NCBI GenBank assembly: GCA_965209025.1
Contig: OZ242375.1
Span: 2,261,380 to 2,325,379, forward strand
Direction: 5' to 3'
DNA: 64,000 nucleotides
Source of the DNA: Acidimicrobiia bacterium
GTDB lineage: Bacteria; Actinomycetota; Acidimicrobiia; Spongiisociales; ZC4RG35
In this document: one piece after another, positions 51,362-60,825 of the stretch
How positions within the stretch are numbered: position 1 is the stretch's first letter
Layout of the letters: every line of letters begins with the position of its first letter
Position numbers and translations under genes: made by a program
Notes under the pieces: generated by a model
The model's database searches: none
What the model was told of the DNA's origin: nothing
What the model saw: only the letters and a program-made list of their open reading frames with translations

Positions 51362-52275
51362 CTATACAGGAGACTAGGGCTTTCCAGGACGATTCCCCGA
51401 TCGACGGCCAGATGGCCGCCGCTGGTGTCGAAAAAGAGATTGTCGATCAGCCTCACCTTTCCCACCGAGGCGGCCGCCGCCAGGAAGGAAGGGCGGTCGA
51501 GGGTGTCGAGCAGGGATGCGTCGTCCTGGTCGGCCAGTTCTACGTATTCCCATGCCACGCGGTCTCTGGATGCGGTCACTTCACGGCAAAGGCCTTCGGC
51601 CGAACGTTCTCCGCCTTCGGCGGCCAGGGCAGCGGCCCACAGCCCCCGGCTTATGTCCAGGGCGGCTTCCCGTTCCTGGGCGGACATCAAGATGTTCCGG
51701 CTGGACAGCGCCAGCCCGTCGCTCTCCCGGATGGTCGGGCAGCCGACAATCTCGATCGGGAACCGGAGATCCCGCGCCATCCTGCGGATCATGGCCAATT
51801 GCTGGGCGTCCTTGCGCCCGAAATAGGCCCTCTGTGCTCCCAGGCCGGCCAGGAGTTTGGTCACCACCAGGGCCACCCCCTCGAAGTGACCGGGCCGTCT
51901 CGGGCCTTCCATGGCCCGGGCCACCCGGCCCGGCTGGATGGACGTGGACTCGTCGGGTTCGTACATCTCCGAGGTCGACGGAGCGAACAGGATGTCCACG
52001 CCCGCCTCGGCAGCCAACTGAGAGTCCCGCTCGAAACTCCGGGGATAGCGGTCGAAGTCCGAAGACACGTTGAATTGTCGTGGATTGACGTACAGGGACA
52101 TCGTCACGACCCTGCATTCCCGGCGTGCCCGCGAGATCAAGGACAGGTGACCCTCGTGAAGGAACCCCATGGTGGGCACCAACCCGATCGGCGCCGGGCC
52201 CTCCTGGCCGCCGGATCGGTGGTACGCCTCCGTGGCTGCGGACCGCGCCTCGGAGAAGGTCGAGACGATCCTCAT
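51358..52275 (-). CDS. panC: Pantoate--beta-alanine ligase
   Basis: PTMGFLHEGHLSL (HIGH-like), FGRKDAQQ, and SSRN. Confidence 0.9.
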   Translation of the reverse strand: MRIVSTFSEARSAATEAYHRSGGQEGPAPIGLVPTMGFLHEGHLSLISRARRECRVVTMSLYVNPRQFNVSSDFDRYPRSFERDSQLAAEAGVDILFAPSTSEMYEPDESTSIQPGRVARAMEGPRRPGHFEGVALVVTKLLAGLGAQRAYFGRKDAQQLAMIRRMARDLRFPIEIVGCPTIRESDGLALSSRNILMSAQEREAALDISRGLWAAALAAEGGERSAEGLCREVTASRDRVAWEYVELADQDDASLLDTLDRPSFLAAAASVGKVRLIDNLFFDTSGGHLAVDRGIVLESPSLLYR

Positions 52276-53117
52276 GACCGGGACCCGCCCGCCGACCGGT
52301 CGTTCTTGGCCTCAAAGGACTCTCCTCGGTGGCCGGCCCTATGGGCGGCTGTACGTCCAAGCAGCCGATACTGGTGGGCAAGCTCGGGAGAGACAGCCTC
52401 GGCGGCTCTCAGATGTCCTGCAATGGTGCCCTGGTCCCCGCGTACCGCCGGACCGGTGAGAGCATGCTCGGGTCCCATCTCGAAGCAGTTCTCCAACACC
52501 CGGGTGGCGAGGCCCCGGGATTGGGAGAAGGAGACGCCGGCCGCCTCGAACAGGTCGGCGGCCACCCCCAGGGCGGTGGCCACGCCCAGGGCGACGGTGG
52601 CGGCTCCGGCGTGGTAGAGAGGCTTGAAGCGGTCTTCCAGGCAGAAACTGGAGATTTCCAGGCTCTGGGCGAATGACCGCAGCAGGGCGGCCGCCCTCTC
52701 TGATCGGGCGGTGATCGCCGCAGTCGACCCTGCCAGGGCGGCTGCGCCACGCTGGGGGGAGGGGAGAGTCTGCAGGGGGTGAAGACACCCGATCTCCAAG
52801 CCGGCTTGCTCCAACGCCTCCAGCCGGGCAAGGGACGCGAATCCGGAGAGATGGGCCGCCACACCGGCCGGAGGGGGATCGGAGGCCAAGCGGCGGGCGG
52901 TCTCCTCGATGACATCGTCGGGCGTGCCCAGTAGCACCAGGTCACAAGGTGACAGCCTGCCGACCTGCTTCACCTGGGTATCCGCCAGCTCCGGAGGGAT
53001 GGCGCCGGAAGGACCGGCCACCGTCTCAACCGAGTGCCCGGCTGCCCGAGCGGCGATAGCCAATGCGCCACCGGCGCGACCTGGCCCGATCACCGCCAGG
53101 CGGAAGCGGGTGTTCAC
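52272..53117 (-). CDS. Rossmann-fold NAD(P)-binding protein with DUF2520-type C-terminal domain (ketopantoate-reductase-like context)
   Basis: The N-terminus is LAVIGPGRAGGALA (GxGxxG). It is an Ala-rich 281-aa protein translationally coupled to panC. This is the same position as the conserved hypothetical gene upstream of panC in other actinobacteria, as I recall. Confidence 0.55.
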   Translation of the reverse strand: MNTRFRLAVIGPGRAGGALAIAARAAGHSVETVAGPSGAIPPELADTQVKQVGRLSPCDLVLLGTPDDVIEETARRLASDPPPAGVAAHLSGFASLARLEALEQAGLEIGCLHPLQTLPSPQRGAAALAGSTAAITARSERAAALLRSFAQSLEISSFCLEDRFKPLYHAGAATVALGVATALGVAADLFEAAGVSFSQSRGLATRVLENCFEMGPEHALTGPAVRGDQGTIAGHLRAAEAVSPELAHQYRLLGRTAAHRAGHRGESFEAKNDRSAGGSRS

Positions 53118-53605
53118 TCTCCGGAGAGGTAATTCGGGACCAGCGAACGTCCTCGGGCGCCGATCGGGCGGCCCAGGATCTGTTCGATGATGGTGACCGC
53201 CCTGACCGGATCGGGGACCAGTCCGGAGTCCACCAGGAAGCCGCTCATAAGTCCTCCGAGACTTTCATCGATTACGTCCCGGTGCACCAGGATCTTGGCG
53301 TCGGGGTCACTCAGCAGTTCGGACAGCTTGTCGTATAGGGAGCGGCGTTCGGTTTCCTCCACCTCGGAACCGACGGGAACCCGGTGGGCCCCGAAGCCGC
53401 ACTCCCGATAGACCTTGATGTTCTGGTTGTTGGCGAGAAGGCTGACCACATCGGTGATCCCGGCTTCTTTTTGGAGCCACAGCACTTCCTGTTGACGGCG
53501 CACCTTGCGATGTGTCACTCCCTGTCCGCCCAGTCGCTCGCTCACCGCCAAGCGGGAGGTGATAATCCACCTGAAGCCTCGGGGTTTGAGAACGCCGGCC
53601 GGCAT
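53114..53605 (-). CDS. Hypothetical protein with dual-specificity/tyrosine phosphatase-like layout but lacking the catalytic Cys and Arg
   Basis: The start is taken at the ATG at 53605 (MPAGVLKPRGFRWI), just after the ftsH stop. The layout is W-x-x-x-x-LA-S, then GITDVVSL, then H-x-P, then VHRDVIDESLGG where HCxxGxxR(S/T) would be expected. Confidence 0.45.
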   Translation of the reverse strand: MPAGVLKPRGFRWIITSRLAVSERLGGQGVTHRKVRRQQEVLWLQKEAGITDVVSLLANNQNIKVYRECGFGAHRVPVGSEVEETERRSLYDKLSELLSDPDAKILVHRDVIDESLGGLMSGFLVDSGLVPDPVRAVTIIEQILGRPIGARGRSLVPNYLSGE

Positions 53606-53613
53606 GATACGGG

Positions 53614-55548
53614 CTAGGAGGACCGGGACTGGTCGTTTCGGCTGGCGGCGGCCACCCTCTCTCTTCCGGGATCGCCTGACGTGATGCCCGGTGGTGGATG
53701 GAGGCGCATTTCGGGGGTGTCGGTTGCCTCCCACTTCGGTACGTCGTGGAATACCTCTTCGATGTCGTCTGCGTCAAGCGTCTCTTTTTCCAGGAGGGCC
53801 TCCACCATCCTGTCCAGGGCGGGGCGGTGGGCCGCTAGGATCTGGCGCGCCTCGGCGTGCGCCACCCTGATGAGCTTGCGGACCTCGTCGTCTATGTCGG
53901 CGGCCAGTTGGTCGGAGTAATCGGGTTGGCGGTTGTAGTCGCGGCCCAGGAAGACCTCTCCGCCGGGCCTGCCGTATTGCATCGGACCGAGTTGGTCGCT
54001 CATGCCGTACTCCATGACCATCCGCCGGGCTATGGTGGTGGCTTTCTCGATGTCGTCGGTGGAGCCGGTGGTGGGGTCGGCGTAGATGAGTTCCTCGGCG
54101 CTTCTTCCTCCCAGGAGCATGGCCAGCTTGTCGAGGAGTTCCGATCGCTTGACCAGGTATTTGTCCCGGGTGGGGAGCGCCAGGGTGTGACCCAGGGACC
54201 GACCGCGGGCAACAATTGTCACCTTGTGCACGGGGTCGGCCATGGGAAGCGCAAATCCCACCAGGGCATGTCCCGTTTCATGAAAGGCGATCAGCCGTTT
54301 CTCGTCGGCGGACATGATCCGGGCCTTGCGTTCAGGCCCGGCGATCACCCGGTCGATTGCCTCCTCCAACTCCCGCATCCCCACTTCTTCCTGGTTTCTG
54401 CGTGCCGCCAGCAGAGCCGCCTCGTTGATCAGGTTGGCCAGATCGGCGCCCGTGAAACCGGGAGTTCGGCGGGCCAGGACTTCCAGGTCTATTTCGGGGT
54501 TGAGCGGCTTGCCGCGGGCGTGGACCTCCAGGATGGCCTGGCGCCCCTTGATGTCGGGGGAGTCGATGACGATCTGGCGATCGAAGCGTCCGGGTCTGAG
54601 AAGAGCCGGATCGAGAATGTCGGGACGGTTGGTGGCGGCGATCACGATAACTCCGGTGTTGGTGTCGAAGCCGTCCAGTTCCACCAGGAGTTGGTTGAGG
54701 GTCTGTTCCCGCTCGTCGTGCCCTCCTCCCAGTCCGGCGCCCCGGTGGCGGCCCACCGCGTCGATCTCGTCTATGAAGATGATGGCGGGGCTGTTCTGCT
54801 TGGCCTGTTCGAAGAGATCACGGACTCTGCTGGCCCCCACCCCGACGAACATCTCCACGAAGTCGGATCCGGAGATGGAAAAGAACGGTCGGCCGGCCTC
54901 GCCCGCCACCGCCTTGGCCAAGAGCGTCTTGCCCGTGCCGGGAGGACCGAACAGGAGGACGCCCTTGGGAATCTTGGCGCCCATCGCCCGGAACTTGTCG
55001 GCGTCGGCCAGAAAGTCCCTTATCTCGCCCAACTCCTCGATGGCTTCCTCCAGGCCGGCCACGTCCTCGAAGGTGACGTCGGGATTGTCCTTCTTCACCA
55101 TCTTGGCTCGGGTCTTTCCGAACTGCATGATCCGGTTGCCCGATCTTTGCATCTGCATGAAGATGAAGACCATGAACCCGATCAGGAGCAGCCAGGGCAG
55201 CATTCCCACCAGCACGCTCCAGGGTCCGGGAGGTTCGTGGTCGGTGTCGTATTGCACTCCTCGGTCATCGAGGATCTCGGCGAGTTGGCCCTCATAGCCC
55301 TCGGGGTACTTCGCCGCGAAGTCGTACTGTCCCGGCGGAAGGGTGGAGCCGACAAAGCGTCCCCTGGCCTCCAGCGACCGAGTGAGAATCAACACCGACT
55401 CGACCTGAGACGCCTCAATGGCGACCAGGAATTCCCCGGTGGTTATCTCCCGGGCGGGATCGTCGTCGTTCCCGAAATTCTGGAAAACCAGAGCCATCGT
55501 GAGGATCAAGAGGCCGTAGATAAGGAGGATGCGGAGGCTGCGACGCAA
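53614..55548 (-). CDS. ftsH: ATP-dependent zinc metalloprotease FtsH
   Basis: Two N-terminal TM segments. AAA+ Walker A GPPGTGKT, Walker [12 protein letters not shown] region, and zinc motif HETGHAL. Confidence 0.95.
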   Translation of the reverse strand: MRRSLRILLIYGLLILTMALVFQNFGNDDDPAREITTGEFLVAIEASQVESVLILTRSLEARGRFVGSTLPPGQYDFAAKYPEGYEGQLAEILDDRGVQYDTDHEPPGPWSVLVGMLPWLLLIGFMVFIFMQMQRSGNRIMQFGKTRAKMVKKDNPDVTFEDVAGLEEAIEELGEIRDFLADADKFRAMGAKIPKGVLLFGPPGTGKTLLAKAVAGEAGRPFFSISGSDFVEMFVGVGASRVRDLFEQAKQNSPAIIFIDEIDAVGRHRGAGLGGGHDEREQTLNQLLVELDGFDTNTGVIVIAATNRPDILDPALLRPGRFDRQIVIDSPDIKGRQAILEVHARGKPLNPEIDLEVLARRTPGFTGADLANLINEAALLAARRNQEEVGMRELEEAIDRVIAGPERKARIMSADEKRLIAFHETGHALVGFALPMADPVHKVTIVARGRSLGHTLALPTRDKYLVKRSELLDKLAMLLGGRSAEELIYADPTTGSTDDIEKATTIARRMVMEYGMSDQLGPMQYGRPGGEVFLGRDYNRQPDYSDQLAADIDDEVRKLIRVAHAEARQILAAHRPALDRMVEALLEKETLDADDIEEVFHDVPKWEATDTPEMRLHPPPGITSGDPGRERVAAASRNDQSRSS

Positions 55549-55666
55549 TTTAAGGCTCTTCTCGAAAAAGGGTTGGCGGGCGGGAGGCGTTATTGGTTAG
55601 GCATCATGGTAGGCAAGTCTGGGGGCCTACCAGCTTTAATGTTATCCCGCCCTGGGACATAGTTGC

Positions 55667-56188
55667 CTAGGACTGGGACAGGATACCCACATAGGGCAGG
55701 TTCCGGTACTTGCCGTTGTAGTCCAGCCCGTAGCCCACCACGAACTCCGGGCCTATCCGAAAGCCCACGTACTTGACGTCGACCGGTACCCGTTGGATGC
55801 CCTCCTTGAACAGAAGGGCGGCGATCTCAAGGGAGGCGGGTCCCCGCACCCGGAGACTCTTCATCAGGTAGTTGAGAGTGAGTCCCGAGTCGACTATGTC
55901 CTCGCAAATCAGCACGTGGCGCCCGGCGATCTCCTGCTCGAGGTCCTTCAGCACCCGCACCACTCCCGACGTCTTGGTGGCGGCGCCGTAGGAGGAGACC
56001 GCCATGTAGTCGAATTGGGTGGGAAGCTTGATCTGGCGGGCAAGATCGGCCATCACCATGAAAGTGCCCTTCAGGACTCCCACGATCAATAGGTCCCGGC
56101 CCTCGTAGTCGGCGGTTATCCGTCTGCCCATCTCCTGCAGGCGAACGGCGATTTGCTCACCGGAGATGAAGGGACTAATCGAATCCAT
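55667..56188 (-). CDS. hpt: Hypoxanthine phosphoribosyltransferase
   Basis: 173 aa. PRPP motif VLICEDIVDSGLTL, and a typical N-terminal region (ISGEQIAVRLQEMGRRI). Confidence 0.9.
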   Translation of the reverse strand: MDSISPFISGEQIAVRLQEMGRRITADYEGRDLLIVGVLKGTFMVMADLARQIKLPTQFDYMAVSSYGAATKTSGVVRVLKDLEQEIAGRHVLICEDIVDSGLTLNYLMKSLRVRGPASLEIAALLFKEGIQRVPVDVKYVGFRIGPEFVVGYGLDYNGKYRNLPYVGILSQS

Positions 56189-56204
56189 CGATACCTACCC
56201 CACC

Positions 56205-57185
56205 TTAGCCGCCTCGGGCAAACAGCAACCGGTCGCCGGAGCGGGTCACGGTGACTCCGCCTTCGAGTTCGGTACGCCGGGTCCTCCCCCGGGCCACTTC
56301 CATCACCCGCTGCACTTCGGCCTCCGAGCCGGCGTGAGGACCCCGCACCCGTCGCAGCGCCTGCCGCACCACCCTCGAGGAGATGGGCGGCGGGAGTCCG
56401 GCCAGCCGGGCGCAGGACAGCTCCGCCGTTCCGTCGGCGGACGTCCGGATGGGCGTGCGGGCGGCGAGCGACTCCAGATGGGAGAGGTCGGCGCCGGCCA
56501 GAGAGCACATCCTCACCAGCCCTTCGCGAAGCCGCGGCTGGTATTCGGCCTCCAGTTGGGGGATCAGGCGACGCCTGATGCGGTTGCGGAGATACCGTGG
56601 ATCGTCGTTTTGGGGGTCGTCTTCCCACGGGAGACCGCTCAGAGTGGCCAACTCACGGGTCTCCGAACGCCACACCCCCAGGAGCGGGCGATGGAACCGG
56701 CCCCGGCGCGGAGGGATGCCCGCCATCCCGTCCAGGCCGGCTCCGCGCAGCAGGTTGTGCAGCACCGTCTCGGCCTGATCGTCGGCGGTGTGAGCGGTTA
56801 TGACCACCTCATCGGGTCTCGAGTGGTCGGCCAGCGCCTCGTAGCGGGCAGTGCGCAAGGCGTCCTCGCTTTCGGCGCCGGGGTGGATCGAGACCTCCGC
56901 CAGGTCCATTCCCAACTTTGTGGAGATGCCCCGGGCGGCTTCCGCCATTCTGGAGGAGTGGGGAAGGGAATGGTTGACGTGGACGGCTCTCGCCACTCGT
57001 TCTTCGCGGGCCAGAAGCCACGCGGCCGCTGCCGAGTCGGCGCCCCCCGAGAGGGCGATCACCAAGGGTCCGGAGGGAAACTCGACCCGCTTGCCTATCT
57101 CGGCGAATAGCTGGACCAGGCGCCGGGGATCGCTGTTCGGGGTGGAGGACTCGTCGACCCCAGGAGGAAGTGCGGCTTCGGTCAA
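56205..57185 (-). CDS. tilS: tRNA(Ile)-lysidine synthetase
   Basis: PP-loop SGGADSAA, followed by a TilS-type substrate domain. The track start is a TTG; a downstream GTG start is possible. Confidence 0.85.
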   Translation of the reverse strand: MTEAALPPGVDESSTPNSDPRRLVQLFAEIGKRVEFPSGPLVIALSGGADSAAAAWLLAREERVARAVHVNHSLPHSSRMAEAARGISTKLGMDLAEVSIHPGAESEDALRTARYEALADHSRPDEVVITAHTADDQAETVLHNLLRGAGLDGMAGIPPRRGRFHRPLLGVWRSETRELATLSGLPWEDDPQNDDPRYLRNRIRRRLIPQLEAEYQPRLREGLVRMCSLAGADLSHLESLAARTPIRTSADGTAELSCARLAGLPPPISSRVVRQALRRVRGPHAGSEAEVQRVMEVARGRTRRTELEGGVTVTRSGDRLLFARGG

Positions 57186-57484
57186 CTAACCGACTTGTAC
57201 CGGGACCTGACCACCCTGGTGAAATAAAGCACCACTGTCAGAACGCAGATGATCAGTGCCAGCGCCAGACAGGTGGGTACGAGGTAGCGGTAGGTCCAAT
57301 CGGCGACCGCCTCGGCGGGGGCGGATTCCTCCACCACCACTCCCGGGACGATCTCTGCCGGTTCTGCCTCTCCTCCTCCGGCTTTGACGGTTTCTTCCTG
57401 CGCCAGAGCGGGTAATGCAACTCCCAAGGCCAGAATCGCCACCAAAGCCAGGGCTGTCCACCTATGCCGACTCATGGACACCAT
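57182..57484 (-). CDS. Small exported/membrane-anchored hypothetical protein
   Basis: 100 aa with a signal peptide (ALALVAILALGVALPALAQEE), an acidic middle region and a C-terminal TM (LVPTCLALALIICVLTVVLYF). It lies between the anti-sigma gene and tilS. Confidence 0.5.
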   Translation of the reverse strand: MVSMSRHRWTALALVAILALGVALPALAQEETVKAGGGEAEPAEIVPGVVVEESAPAEAVADWTYRYLVPTCLALALIICVLTVVLYFTRVVRSRYKSVS

Positions 57485-57497
57485 AGACTACCCCCTC

Positions 57498-57746
57498 TCA
57501 TCGGTTGCGTAAGCGTCGCCTCTCTATGGCCAGTCTTCCCCTGAGTCGCTCCATAAAGACTTCAGGCACCTCCTCGGTGAGGTGGTGCCTGATGGTGTAG
57601 CGGACGCGGCGCTCCACGGTTTCTATGTTCTTACAGGGCGGACAGTAGCTGAAGTGGTTTACCAGTCGGTGCTCCGTCTCGACTTCCAACTCACCGTCGA
57701 CATATCTGTAGAGATAAGTGATGGTGTGGCGGCAGTCTTTAGACAC
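57498..57746 (-). CDS. Zinc-binding anti-sigma factor (ZAS, RsrA/RshA-like)
   Basis: 82 aa. It has an early Cys/His (CRH) and an H-x3-C-x2-C motif (HFSYCPPC). It overlaps the end of the ECF sigma gene by 8 nt. Confidence 0.75.
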   Translation of the reverse strand: MSKDCRHTITYLYRYVDGELEVETEHRLVNHFSYCPPCKNIETVERRVRYTIRHHLTEEVPEVFMERLRGRLAIERRRLRNR

Positions 57747-58314
57747 ACGGAACCTCCGATGGGGTCAGTCCCCGCTTGCTTGCATACTCCCACAACGCTT
57801 TTCGGAGCGCGTTTCTTCCCCGATGGAGGCGGGACATGACAGTTCCCATGGGAAGATCGAGAGCTTGGGCTATCTCCTTGTACGACAATCCCTCCACATC
57901 CGCCAACAGCACCGGAATGCGGTAGATGACCGGAAGGTCTTCGATGGCCTCCACGATGTCCGACTCGAATATCTGCTCGATGAGGTGGTCCTCGGGCGCT
58001 TTGGCCCAGGACCGGAAGCGGTTCGAATGAGAGGGATAGGGAGACACGTCGTTGCTCTCGTCCAAATCCGTCTCGCGGGGGCGGCGTGAGCGTCTCCTGT
58101 ACTCGTTGATGAACGTGTTGGTGAGAATCCGGAACAGCCAGGCCTTGAGGTTGGTCCCCGCACGGAAGGTGTGGTAGCCGCGGTAGGCCCGCAACAGGGC
58201 CTCCTGCACCAGGTCCTCGGCGTCAGGGCGGTTGCGGGCCAGGCGGAGCGCCATTCCATAAAGCTGGGGAATCAACTCCGCGACGTCCTGTTCGAAGGTT
58301 TTCTGGTCCGCCAT
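57739..58314 (-). CDS. ECF-family RNA polymerase sigma factor (SigH/SigR-like context)
   Basis: The start is taken at [11 protein letters not shown] (58314). The region 2 block is [17 protein letters not shown]...[21 protein letters not shown]. The region 4 block is [25 protein letters not shown]. Confidence 0.85.
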   Translation of the reverse strand: MADQKTFEQDVAELIPQLYGMALRLARNRPDAEDLVQEALLRAYRGYHTFRAGTNLKAWLFRILTNTFINEYRRRSRRPRETDLDESNDVSPYPSHSNRFRSWAKAPEDHLIEQIFESDIVEAIEDLPVIYRIPVLLADVEGLSYKEIAQALDLPMGTVMSRLHRGRNALRKALWEYASKRGLTPSEVPCV

Positions 58315-58526
58315 GTCCTTAAACGGTAGTAATGCCGGGCGTATTGGGCATCCCCGACCGCCTTGTTCAACCCCAGGGCTCGATCGGCGCTGGCCGGATC
58401 CGAAGGAGCGAAGGTCACCCTTTCCACTGAGTCTGCATGGATCTTGGAGACGGGTGTGCAGCGTAGGGGGATTTTTAGGATGGTTTATGCTATATAGCAG
58501 TAGTTCTGTCACACCACTGTTGTAAA

Positions 58527-59743
58527 GTGGAGAACATGGATAAGCACAGGTGCAACGGGTCGTCGGCTCACCGGGTGCGGCTGGTTCTGCCTTCTGCCCC
58601 CGTGAAGGACGCCACCGCGGAAGAACTGGAAGAGCGTATGCGGTCGGCCAGCCGGGCCGAGTCGCAGGCCAAGGCGGTGCGGGTGGAGGCGGCCGCGGAG
58701 CTCGTCCTTCGGAGAGGGCAGGGTTTGACGGAGAAGACCGTGCGGGAGCAGTCCGGCCAGTCGACCGCCAAGTCGCGCAAAGAGGTGGAGACCGCCGGCA
58801 AGCTAAAGGACTTGCCGGTTACTTCGGATGCTTTCCGCGACGGCAAGATCACTTTCGACCATGCCCAGATCATCGCCGACACCGCGGGGCGGGTCGAGAT
58901 CGATGAGGAGGAGTTGGTGGATAAGGCGTCTTCGCAGCCGGTGGACGTTTTCGCCCGCACGGCCCGCCAACACGAGCAGGAACGATCGGAAGACGACGGT
59001 ATGTCGAGGCTGAAGAAGCAGCGCCGGAGTCGCAAGGCCTGGATCAGGGTCAATCGGGGAGACGGCATGACCGTGCTGCACGCAGAATTCGATCCGGTTA
59101 CCGGGGAGCGCGTGAAAACCGCCCTGGCGGCCAAGACCAGGGAGTTGTGGCGGGAGGAAGATCCTGACCACCGCCCTTCGACCGAACAGAGGATGGCCGA
59201 TGCCCTGGCGGACCTGATCTGCCGACCGGGCGACCGCAAGAAGGCGCCGATCACGACTCTGTTTCTTATCGCGACTACGACATCGGTTTGCGGCAGATCC
59301 GTGACGCCCGCCTCGGGGACGGCACACCCATGCCGGTGGAGGTGTTCAAAGACTTGGCCTGCCAGGCCCGCATCCTTCCCGCCATCTTCAACTCCCGCGG
59401 ACAGCCTCTCTGGGTGGGGCTGGGGAGACGGATCGCCACCCCTGCGCAACGGATGGCTCTGATCGCCCGAGACCGGGGATGTGTCGGGTGCGGGGCCGAT
59501 CCGGCCTGGTGCCAGGCGCACCACATTGTTCACTGGGCGGCGGAGGGTCCGACCGACATCGACAACCTTGTCCTGTTATGCAGCCGGTGTCACCATCGGG
59601 TGCATGATGAAGACTGGGAAGTCCAACAGGCCCCTCAGGGGGAATATGTCCTACAACCTCCGTCGCCGGACAGTCGACGGCCCTTACCCATCAGAACACC
59701 CCGCCGCCGTCGCCGCAAATCCACCACCAAGCTTCTGCGTTGA
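58527..59743 (+). pseudogene. DUF222 + HNH endonuclease (REP13E12-like) gene interrupted by a -1 frameshift near 59271
   Basis: ORF 58527..59462 carries the DUF222-like N-terminal part. ORF 59288..59743 carries the HNH part (RDRGCVGCGADPAWCQAHHIVHW...NLVLLCSRCHHRVH). Reading CTT ATC GC-GAC TAC GAC with one extra base after 59272 joins them as ...LFLIADYDIGLRQIRDARLGDGTPMP, the usual junction in this family. Confidence 0.7.
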
Positions 59744-60011
59744 GGGCATCCGGGAAGCAGGTTGGGAAAAATACCTCCCCTCAGGGGTTGGCCCCCTCCA
59801 ATACTCCGCCCAACACTGTTGATGCTGCACAAATACCTTGGCGGTCCCGGGACAAGAGCTCATCCCGAACCGTGAAGTCTCAGGTCAAAAATGTCCAGAA
59901 CTTCTACGACTCAGGCTTGCCTTTTTCGCGATTTCGGACTCGGTGGTGGCGGCGGGGGAGGGCCCATCGACCCGACTTTTCGCGTCTTAGCGGCAGTTTT
60001 CGCGAGAAGCC

Positions 60012-60022
60012 GGGGGGGGGGG
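60012..60022. repeat. G11 homopolymer tract
   Basis: Eleven consecutive G residues on the plus strand, in the non-coding gap between convergent genes. Confidence 0.9.
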
Positions 60023-60054
60023 AGGGAGACAGCCTGCGGTTAAATCGGTGTTGT

Positions 60055-60825
60055 CTACAACTCGTCCAGGAGGGCTGGCAACTCGGCTATTGACTCCACC
60101 ACCGCGTCAGGTGAGGGACTCGCAGGCGGGCGCTTGGAGACGCCGCTGAGGGCCAGGACCGAGTGCCAGCCGGCGTTGGCCGCCATTTGCAAATCCGTTT
60201 CGGCTCGGTCTCCCACCATGATCACCGGTCCCCCGGAGACATGTTCCCGGAGAAGGCCGATCATGGGTTGGTGCGGCTTTCCCGCAGCCAGTGCCTCCTG
60301 ACCGGTTGCGTACTGCACCGCCGCCACTATGGCGCCGGCCGCCGGCCAGATTCCCTCGTCGGTGGGAAAACTCGGGTCAGTGTTGGTGGCAACCAGCCGG
60401 GCGCCCCCCCACACCGCCTGGCAGACATCTCGCAGCAGGTCATAGGAGAGATGGGGGGCGAACCCCACCACCGCGGCTTTCGCTTCCCGCCAGTCTGTCA
60501 CCACTCTCACCCCCACCCCTTCGAGAGCCTCCACTATTCCGGGTCCACCCAGCACCAGGGAAGGGGGGCGGTCTGCGGCCAGGAGGCGGGCGGCGGCCAT
60601 TGCCGAGGTGAACACTTGGTCGACTCGGGCCGGATAGGAGGTGGCCCGCCGGATCTTCTGGGCGGTGGCCGATGGAGTGCGGCTCGAGTTGTTGGTGCAG
60701 AACAGCACCCGGTAGCCCCGCTGTTCGATGGCGGTCAAGGCTTCCCTCGCGCCCTCAACGCCCGCATCCCCGAGGTAGATCACTCCGTCCAGGTCGAAGA
60801 TCACAGTCCCAACCGGAGCCTTCAC
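60055..60825 (-). CDS. HAD-IIA family hydrolase (NagD/4-nitrophenyl phosphatase-like)
   Basis: Motif I FDLDGV, then FCTNNSS, then GKP, then MVGDRAETD. Confidence 0.85.
   Translation of the reverse strand: MKAPVGTVIFDLDGVIYLGDAGVEGAREALTAIEQRGYRVLFCTNNSSRTPSATAQKIRRATSYPARVDQVFTSAMAAARLLAADRPPSLVLGGPGIVEALEGVGVRVVTDWREAKAAVVGFAPHLSYDLLRDVCQAVWGGARLVATNTDPSFPTDEGIWPAAGAIVAAVQYATGQEALAAGKPHQPMIGLLREHVSGGPVIMVGDRAETDLQMAANAGWHSVLALSGVSKRPPASPSPDAVVESIAELPALLDEL

Noticed and set aside
55608-55631. Hairpin GGTAGGC-N10-GCCTACC between hpt and ftsH
   Set aside because: The stem is only 7 bp, with no U tract on the transcribed (minus) strand. It may be a weak terminator or attenuator, but the evidence is thin.
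53857-55662. 601-aa plus-strand ORF
   Set aside because: It is entirely antisense to ftsH, whose AAA+ and zinc-protease motifs are unambiguous. It is a shadow ORF.
58488-58499. Perfect 12-nt palindrome TGCTATATAGCA upstream of the DUF222-HNH gene
   Set aside because: It is a single occurrence. It could simply be a -10-like TATA element in a locally AT-rich patch. There is no partner repeat to define an element boundary.
58315-58526. SigR/SigH-type autoregulatory promoter (GGAAT-N16-18-GTT) upstream of the ECF sigma gene
   Set aside because: I scanned the minus strand. The closest arrangement is CCCAAT-N18-GTT (58319..58345, plus-strand coordinates), and it lacks the GGAAT core. The support is not good enough to call.
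60012-60022. G11 tract as a phase-variation switch
   Set aside because: It lies between two convergent stop codons. It is not in a coding region and not between -35/-10 elements of any gene I can identify, so classic phase variation is unlikely. It is kept only as part of the odd non-coding tract.
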